The notes below the pieces were generated by a model. The model made no database searches. It was not told the DNA's origin and saw only the letters and a list, made by a program, of their open reading frames with translations. Both the position numbers and the translations under genes were made by a program. A stretch of DNA of 64,000 nt, taken from contig OX597815.1 in the NCBI GenBank assembly GCA_951406725.2, positions 22,010,001-22,074,000 on the forward strand, in the 5' to 3' direction. The stretch comes from Octopus vulgaris (Eukaryota). Each line of letters opens with the position of its first letter. Within the stretch, counting starts at the first letter, position 1. This document shows, piece after piece, positions 54,281 through 64,000 of this stretch.

Positions 54281-55990
54281 CCCCCCACAAAAGGAAAAAG
54301 ATTAAATGAAAGAAAAAGGGCAAATTATCAGAATTGTGGGCTAACTGGGAGGGCGTAAATTACCTACTGAGCTAGGAATTGAGGATACCTCTGTACTTCA
54401 CCTTTGAAAGGGTTTCTAGTTTCTAGTTTATAGGGAGCTTATAGTTTGTAGGGAACTATTTGTTTATTAGGCCTAACAAAGATCGGGCGATAGGTTATGT
54501 AATACTTACTATAAATTTTAGGATTAGCCAAATAATCATCCATTTCTTTAAACCAGCTTTTACACAATGTATGATTATAATATTCTGTGGTGTAGTTGAA
54601 TGTTCTATTTGATATGATATATCGGAGACTCGTTTGCTAATGTTACTACATAACCTTTGAAATACGGTGAGGGTACGGTTGGAATGTCTACATCGGAATT
54701 TGTCAATGCCTTGTAAAGTCTGTATGCACATAAGCATGCAAACACTGAAGCACTCACACATGCACACACATGCACACACATGCATGTGTGTCTTTGTGTT
54801 TGTATACGTGTGTGTATGTGCGCGCGTGTGCAGTGAATGTTTGTGTTGAGTGCGTGTGTCTATGCTCGTGTTTATATGTATGTAGATATGGGTGTGTACA
54901 AATACATTTATATTTATATGTGCAAAGTTGACTTTCCGCATGTCGTTAATTAATTTTTTATAAAAGAGTATATGGTTGCATGTATGCATGTATTTATATA
55001 TGTAAGTATACGTTCTATGTATAAATAATCCATATTACATTCATAATTTAGCCTATAAATGAGTTTTCGAATTAATGTACTGTTCTCACGTGCATTTACA
55101 ATTATTTTCTAGAATCAGCTGTTACGTAAATATCAATGATATTTGAACAGTACTGAGTGTTTGAAAGTAACGTTTTACCTAAACTAAATATAATGCGGGC
55201 TTTTGTAAAAATCATATAGAGTACTAAGATAACACTTGTTTTCATCCAAAGTATAATATATAACTATCATTCTTCAGTCCGATCAACAGCCTCTCCGCTT
55301 ACTCAATGGAAGACTGGTCTGGAATGGTTTTATGCTCTTTAGAACCACCAGAACTCCTGCGTCTTCATGTGGAATCCAGTCAACCACATCATGACGAGAA
55401 TCTCTTCCGCCCGAACCAACTGTCTGGAATGTGCTTGCAAAGGTGAAAAGCCAAGGTACAAAATTTGTACCAAACTGTTTGACCTACTATCTTTTCCCAC
55501 CCCACATGTAGTACACTATAGCCTGTAAGAAGACAAATGTTGCACTATATCTACTTTTTTCTCCATGTCCTCAGTTTAAAAAATGAGGCACACGTTTATG
55601 TATGCCGTACTTCGGTCATTAGAGCACACATCCTTCTATAAATTGGCCAGGGATTCTTCTAACTTCTCTTTCGAGGTTTGACATAAGCCTCAAAAACAGA
55701 GTCATGCCATTTCCCTATTCACCTTTTGGCAACGAGAAAGGTGACATGCATTTGCTTTTGGAAAATTTCGTCGTTATATTTTCCTTGTGCTATACAAAGC
55801 TTCGAAAATATTTAAATGATGTTGTTGTTGTCGGCAATAGTCTTTACATTTGGTGAACTTGATGGAATTGTTCACCTTATTTTTGTCTGATATCACTCAA
55901 GTTCTCTAGAAACTCACCCAAGTGCAATTTAATGCTCTAAGATGATGAGAGTTTGATTAAAAATTCAACAACAGCAATATCATCCTCCTC

Positions 55991-56025
<35 letters not shown>

Positions 56026-56071
56026 AAACAAAAACAACAACAATAATAATAATAATAATAATAATAATAAT

Positions 56072-57417
56072 CATGCCTCAGTGATAAAGCAAAATACAAA
56101 CCGGTTCGATCGTCAACCGAAATACCAAGGATCGCATAGTCGAATGATGAACCAGATTCGATAGGAAAAATCAGCTACTGATTCAAATCTTCCCGAAACA
56201 CAGGAGATGGAAGTACCCCACAACCGGAATATTCCAACAGATGGCCATCCATGCTCGTCATCAAATAACCAAAGGAAAAAGAATGAAAAATGGTCTAGGG
56301 GAGATAAAGAATTTCTTACGGCCTTCTACCATGTCATATATTTCCTCAGAGATAAATCTAATACTGTACAAACTTACTTAAACTGGAGACAGAAACACCT
56401 TGAAGTAAGACCCTACATAGACAGTAGCAAACTTGCCAGCGCCAGAAGAAATATTATGAAAAAGAAATTACTAACTGAATTAGAGATCGACCAAATCAAG
56501 CAATCAGCAAGGGATAAAAGGAACGAAATTGCAGCTAAAGAAGATACAGAGGAAATAATAACAGACCAGGCCAGGGCTAATGAAAATGCTATAATGATTC
56601 AAAGTGAAATACTCTCTGAACCATACCTGTCTACCTGCTTCAAGGGGTGACACTTGGTAGTTTTCGATACGTCTTCCCTCCTACAACGTTTGAATACTTC
56701 TCTACTTGTCAGACATGGGTTCTGTACAACTTTATTTTTCACAAGTGACAAAATATGATTTGAAGCAACCCTCGACTTATCCTTATCTGCCCTCAATCGG
56801 ACTGAATTAGGACGCTGCACAAATGTTTTCACTGTTGGTGATCTCTTCCCAGCATTTTTGATATTTCTATGGTTGTTTTTTTTCCTTTTTCAAGCTCTGA
56901 CACGTTGGTAGACTTCTCATTCGAGGTATTATCAGGTTACTGACTTACAATGACACCTAAATTAGGCACCTGCCTAATAATTTGGATAGCAGAAATGTTG
57001 CTTCTGCACAACAATGGCTGCCGTTTGTTTTCGTTTGCGCAGATCCGATTTATTTTAACAGAATGTGCGGAGATAGGTGTTGCCAACAGTCAGTGGGAAA
57101 ACAACTGGTTTTGAACGAATATACATTTATTTATTGAGAGAAGGTTGATTTGCCGAACAATGTCGGACGCAGTGTTGCTACACTGGGAACTATCCTTAAA
57201 GATCTGAACAAATGGATACAGGAAATAGGTACAAAACCCAGTTTAGTAGAGCTGCATAAAAGAGTGTTATTATGACCAGCTAGAATACTCAGGAGGGTTC
57301 TTGGCCTCTAAGGTTACTTGCTGTAACCCAATAGGGTGGTTCTTAGCATATAAGACTACTTGTGGCCCAATGTTAGGATTCTTTTCTTTTCCAACAGTCT
57401 AGTCTGAAGAGTGTATA

Positions 57418-57420
<3 letters not shown>
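56072..57420 (+). mobile_element. Internally deleted R4/Dong-like element retaining both ends, in (TAA)n
   Basis: 5' ORF KWSRGDKEFLTAFY...YLNWRQKH...KLASARRNIMKKKLLTELEIDQIK resembles the R4/Dong N-terminus. 3' part reads LGTILKDLNKWIQEIGTKPSLVELHKRVLL*PARILRRVL. (AAT)n on both sides. Confidence 0.7.
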
Positions 57421-57651
<231 letters not shown>

Positions 57652-58222
57652 ATACTAAAAGTAGACAATTAAACTCAACAACTGATGGTGAAGTACACCA
57701 GAGTTCGTATTAATTTCAGTACAAAATAACAACTAAAATTATACTGAACTGGTGATCAGGTACATGTTGGAGGACATTCTTCACAAACTGAAAGGTTTTG
57801 ATGAAACAGAATCTAGTAAAAACGTTTCGTGATCAGGTGTAGTTTGTGGCTTTTAGCTGTATCAAATTTATCTTCAATTCCAGATCCTGGTACATGCGAT
57901 ACTTGTCATTAGCTCTATCAATTCTATTTACGTCAGTTTAGGAAGATTTCAACATTAGATAGAAACGCTAAACATAAAAGCACAATCAGGTAATATAGTC
58001 GGAGGATAATATAAGGTTTCAGATTTTTTTTTCCACCAATTATTCATTTATAGCTCCGACATACGTGTATGTGTATTTCATATCACATTCTGATAAAATA
58101 TCATTTAAATATACGTATTATGTGTGCGCGTGTGTGTGTGTGAGTGTGAGTGCATGTGTTTGTATTATTGCCAATACACTCGTATTCACACATAATATCT
58201 ATATGTATACGTGTGTGTGTGT

Positions 58223-58264
<42 letters not shown>

Positions 58265-58318
58265 TTGTTCGTATCTGTATACATTGATTGTATGTACATA
58301 TGCATATATATATATATA

Positions 58319-58550
58319 AGGCGGCGAGCTGGCAGAACCGTTAGCACGCTGGGCGAAATGCGTAGCCGGATTTCGTCTGCCGTTACGTTCTGAGTTCAAA
58401 TCCCGCCGAAGTCGACTTTGCCTTTCATCCTTTCGGGGTCGATAAATTAAGTACCAGTGACGCACTGGGGTCGACGTAATCGACTTAAATTCGTTTGTCT
58501 GTCCTTGTTTGTCCCCTCTGTGTTTATCCCCTTGTGGGTAGTAAAGAAAC
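58319..58550 (+). mobile_element. SINE family A monomer
   Basis: Complete head, core and tail. Confidence 0.92.
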
Positions 58551-58563
58551 ATATATATAAATA

Positions 58564-58642
<79 letters not shown>

Positions 58643-58983
58643 ATATATATATATATATGCACGTATATATATTTGTGTGTGCATGTGTGTGTGTGTGTGT
58701 GTGTGTGTGTATACATGTACAACTACGCACATAGTCACTCACACATGCACATATATTGACATGTGCGCGCATGCACACACACATTTCATTATTGTCAGTG
58801 GTACAAATGGGTGCAGTGAATGCTTCTTCACTTAAGGATTGATAAATCCGCGTTGATATGGATGGTGCATTATACCGTGTGATTTTATACACACATAGTA
58901 ATACATACATACATACACACACAAACATACACACACATATGCATAAATACATACATACATACATACATACATACATACATACA

Positions 58984-59015
<32 letters not shown>

Positions 59016-60205
59016 ACTGCTGCAGTTGTTGCCGCTAATGTTGTTTATCCCAAGTCAACTCTTATCGAGTTAGGATCGATCTGTTTTTAGCCCAATAACT
59101 ATAAACTTAATGACCCTGTCAATCTATTTTGAATCATTAACGCGCCCCACACCACTCGTGAAATACTCTCAACGGTCCCCTCTTGTGCGTCACTTTTCTC
59201 CCTTCCCTTTGTTGGTTTTGTTTTGCACCCACTGTATCCCTTTTGACCTCTAGCCCCTTTTGTCTCAATGCCGTCTTTCATTATAATTTTAGTTTTATTT
59301 ATTTTTGACTGGGGAGGTGCTTAATCATAATTCTTCCTCACTAGTCATTGTGTTTCGGAGTTTACTCTCTCTCTCTCTCTCTCGTCCATTTCCCTCTTTC
59401 TCTCTCTTTCCCTTGTCTCTCAATCCCCTTCATGTGATTGAGAGTGAACCATCCGCATTAATTTCATCTCTAAAAATCACTGTTACATACGTTCTTTTTT
59501 TCATGAAAGAACACAAGTAAAAACACACAGAAATATAAAATATATTTTGTACGCATAACTTGAAATATATTTTGTACATAACTTATTGGTGGAAATCGAA
59601 GAATTGGTCTTTTGTTGAAAAGTTATGTGTGCAGCCATTAAACTCACATACATACTGAACAATGAATTATCTGTTGTACCAAAACTAATGGCCCAAACAA
59701 GACGACATATGATGTATCTGGTATTTATTTACAAACTAGACAAACTTTATTTTTATGCTTTAACGTACTTTTAGATTGAACCTATACATTAAAATTAAAC
59801 TTCAAATAATGAAATCCCAGTTTCTTATATTTGTAATATATGTATTTGTAATGCACACACACACACACATACACACACACACGGAGTTTTTATTGATTCA
59901 ACAGTCCAGTTGTAGCCGTAGTGGGGGACGAGCTCTATTTAAATTTATGAACAGTTTTTGAGACTTGTACTTAATAAATGACTGCGCCATTATCTTGATA
60001 TTATTTTCCTTTATATAATACTTTTTATTATACATAATATATTATCAATAGTTCTTTTCATATTTTTACACTTTCATTTCTAACATGTTTCATTTCCTAT
60101 TTGTTTAAATTTCTATCATGCCTTTTTCTAATTTTTATTCAAGCCTGGAATATTGATAATTTAAACTTATTTTCCGAGTACATTAATACTACACTTATTT
60201 TCTCT

Positions 60206-60287
<82 letters not shown>

Positions 60288-60342
60288 ACATACACACACA
60301 CACACACATACATACACACACACATACACACACAAACACACA

Positions 60343-60377
<35 letters not shown>

Positions 60378-61139
60378 TTTATATATATATATATATATAT
60401 GCATGTATAGATGAGTGCTTATGGACGTGCGTGTGAATGTGTTTGTTTTAATCATTGAAATTTAACTGCTATTGAAATGAGAAAAACCAGTTCCTCAAGA
60501 AACCCCGATATTGGTAACATAACGCCTGTATTAATTCCGTACATTGACACAAGGCCGCGTATTTATAGAAGAGGATTGGATTCGTTTAAACATATTTATT
60601 CACTGTACAGAAAGCATGGTTATTCTTTCAGATTCTCGAGTATTAACTACTTCGACGTATATATTCAGAAAGCAGAAGGTCGAAATTAAATATAGAAATA
60701 AACTCAGATCTTTATTTTTTTTCTTTCTAGCCACTACCTAAATCATCCGAATCTTTACATCGAAACGATCGTATTAAGTTTACAATGATATGAACCTAAT
60801 ACGCTGATTTATATTTTTATAAAGAAAACTCGCAGTTCCTTGTATTCTATTGGAATAGGCCAGTGTTGCTTTTCACATGCATAAATGTATGGTTGCCTTT
60901 CTCGAAACCCTACCCTCAGGTTGTCAGGCATTATAATGTTTGATTTTACTCCAGTTTTTATGCTTTACGCTGTATTTTCCATCAACCGATACTGTTTAAT
61001 TAATGAGGCTTTTATCTAAATTTACCTTAATTCTGATTAATGGCGTGTTGTGCATAAATTGATATTATACATATATATATATATATATATATATAAGAAT
61101 TTGTTTTGCGTAATAAGATAAAAAACCAAGGCTGTATAG

Positions 61140-61211
<72 letters not shown>

Positions 61212-61859
61212 TATACATATACATATATATATATATATACACAATGCACTTGAAGGAGCATTAGATCAAGACCGCCGCGGTGTGTATAAATTTTATAAGG
61301 TATGTGCAAATGTCAAACTGCTCTAACAGTAATATGTCTGTTTCAGTAAAACTTGTCTTAAGAGATTATGTTGAAAACACAGAATAAATTCAAAATGACA
61401 TCAGAAGATCGTCAGACACTGGCGTTTCAAACTCATTTCGTCTCCAGTTGCATATTCACTCGCTATAGAAGTCAGCACTCAGATATTCAACTGATTTGCG
61501 CAAATGTCGGTCAGGCTTAAAAATTAAACCAATTTACACACTTGCAATGGCGTTGGTTTAAAACAACGATGTGTGTAACATTCTGAGCTTATCCTGTGCT
61601 TTTAAAAAGGAAGTCTCTTGAGAGAAGTTTCTCTGAGACAGAATATTACAGTTAGCCTCGTTTTACGCTTGTGTATGCAAAAATATACTTATCGTTACAT
61701 ACACACACATACACACACACACACGTACACAACACATATACACACGCACACACATATATACATATGTGTGTGCGTGTGTGTGTATACCTGGTCTATGTTA
61801 TAAGACACACGAAGTCCCAAACTAAACTACCCTCACATACACGCATACACATATATACA

Positions 61860-62015
61860 CGCGTGGCTGTGTAGTAATAAGATTGCTTGCCAACCACATG
61901 GTTACGTGTTCAGTCCTTCTCCGTGACACCTTGGGTAAGTGTCTTCTACTATAGCCTCGGGCTAACCAAAGACTTGTGAATGGATTTGGTTGACGGAAAC
62001 TAAAAGAAGCCCGTC

Positions 62016-62114
<99 letters not shown>

Positions 62115-62316
62115 TCTGTGTTTGTCCCCCACCATCGCTTTGCAACCGACGTCGGTGTGTTTACGTCCTCGTAATTTAGCGGTTCGGCAAAAGAGATCGA
62201 CAGAGTAAGTACTAGGTTTACAAAGAATAAGTGCTGGGGTCGATTTCTTCGACTAACGGCAGAGTTCTAGCATGGCAGCTGTCGAATGACTGAACCAAGT
62301 AATAGAATAAAGAATA
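61860..62316 (+). mobile_element. SINE family B, full length, with about 95-bp internal (TA)n(TG)n
   Basis: tRNA-like head, body and (AGAATAA)n tail. Confidence 0.9.
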
Positions 62317-62821
62317 AACGAATATGCACAAATAGATAGATTGATTGACAGATAGACAGACAGATAGCTAGATCGATCGATAAATAGATAGATATACAAG
62401 CATGGCCCTTAGCTTAAGATATTTGGATATATCGTTAAAAGATAAATATGTAGAATAAAATTTAAAATAACTCATGTATCATGTATACGAAATGATAAGA
62501 ATAAGTGAAGCAACGTGTTTATAAAGCTATTATTTAGTTATAATTACTGAAAATGTCAAAAGAAAGACATTGACTTAAACACTCATTAGTAGGACATTCA
62601 TTTGCCACGCCAGGTCTCGCTCTCATGAGAATATCCTACACAGGTCGGAACGATATGGATATGTAACGAAATACCAAAGGTCTAGGCTAAAAGCAGCAGC
62701 AGCAGCAGCAGTAGTAGCAGTAGTAGTAATAGTAGTAATAGTAGCAGCAGCAGTACAACAACAGCACGTCACAAATCCTAGATATTCAGCAAGATCATCG
62801 AGCATCTATATTATCGCTTAA

Positions 62822-63215
62822 TCTCTCTCTATATAAAGCTGAAGTTTTTCTGTGTATGGCAGGTTTGGTAGCCTTCAACTAACACTATCACCTCCGAGAC
62901 CCAGCGGCGCAAGTTGACCAAAATTGAAAGTATGATAGAAGAAGGCTTGCTCTTCCTTCCGTAGAAGAAAAAATTCAAATCGGACCATCTTAACACCAAA
63001 TATTATTTACACCAAAAAGGTGCTTTTTTTTTTCTATGAAAATCCGTTTTTTACGGTTTTTTGACTGCTGTGCCGCCATTTTTCAGTGTATTTCAACCAG
63101 AAAAATGTTCACTTAAAGAGAATAACAAGCTACATAATGCACAATTTTTACTTTACAAAAATTCCAATTCTAAAGGGTCGAAACAAACCCGAGCAACGCC
63201 GGGCGATACTGCTAG
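62822..63215 (+). mobile_element. Non-autonomous Helitron of a second family (shared termini, different interior)
   Basis: A|TCTCTCTCTATATAAAGCTGAAG...CAAACCCGAGCAACGCCGGGCGATACTGCTAG|T. Confidence 0.85.
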
Positions 63216-63450
63216 TTAGATAATATAGTTCTAGACGTACGATATCTAAAGAAAAAGGCATGGTTGTCAACTCTAGATTTGATCAAAGGTCTGCCCCGTC
63301 AGGCCTGGCGAGGAGATAAACAGGCAAGTAAAATGACAAATGTATTAGGTTTACACAACACTCTGTTCATTGTGTTATTATAATGCTCCGTTTTTGCAGG
63401 TTAGAATATAGATGCACTTTTTATATGAATTTCCGTCTTGAGGCTCAAAG

Positions 63451-64000
63451 TATTGGGTTGTCCGGGAAGTTCGTGCCGATTTATAGTAGCTTACCTTTCG
63501 ACTTATTTTAGAACATGGTTGAGTCCATAAAATAGGATTTGACTACATCTGCATTTAGAGCACAGTGTAAGCTAACTTTTCGCGGAAGAAGGTTTATGTT
63601 CCTATAACCTGTGTTAATTCTGTAACCCTTTAAAATGGAAGATAAGAAAGTTCATTTTCGGCACTTGATGCTTTTCTTTTTCCGCTAAGGGAAAAATGCC
63701 TCACAAGCAACCAAAGTAATATGCGCAGTTTACGGTGATGTTTCTTTATCCGAAAGAACTGTAGGGAAGTGGTTTGCAAGGTTCCGAGCTAGAAATTGTA
63801 GTCTTATTGATAAAGGGCGATCAGGCAGATCATCCACTACAGATGATGACCAAATCAAGTCATTAATTGAGATTAACCCACATTGCACAACCCGGGAATT
63901 GGCAGAAAGCCCCAACCTATCAAAATCCGTCGTTCATGAGCATCTGGTAAAGCTTGGGTACACAAATCGCTACGATGTTTGGGTACCACATGAGTTGAGT
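63451..64000 (+). mobile_element. Mariner element 5' part (mellifera/cecropia-type); transposase starts at 63635 with one in-frame stop and runs off the window
   Basis: TA-TTGGGTTGTCCGG terminus. MEDKKVHFRHLMLFFFR*GKNASQATKVICAVYG...KWFARFR...RSGRS...TTRELAE...DVWVPHELS contains the WVPHEL motif. Confidence 0.95.

Overview
This window is animal nuclear DNA, not prokaryotic. It is AT-rich, very dense in microsatellites, and full of tRNA-derived SINEs that I recognise from memory as cephalopod (Octopus-type) families; that assignment is unverified. Nearly all ORFs in the supplied track are translations of simple repeats, and no intact host gene can be supported. Transposon content: three or four SINE families, four mariner relics, three non-autonomous Helitrons, a hAT MITE, and CR1, RTE, Tx1/L1, R4/Dong and Penelope fragments. 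There are also a few weak minus-strand exon candidates and one promoter-like CpG-rich patch. Two signals stand out. (1) A set of short Penelope-like (PLE) terminal-repeat remnants, mostly in (TA)n tracts and often fold-back palindromes, carries at least five unrelated hammerhead-ribozyme folds. These include a palindrome with a core on both strands, a G3:C8 covariant core, long stem-II forms and a possible divergent-core motif. (2) Retroelements appear to partition the microsatellites: a Tx1-like LINE occurs only in (ATCT)n, Dong/R4 elements in (TAA)n, and PLE remnants in (TA)n. All folds and translations were done by eye, and coordinates of degenerate elements are approximate.
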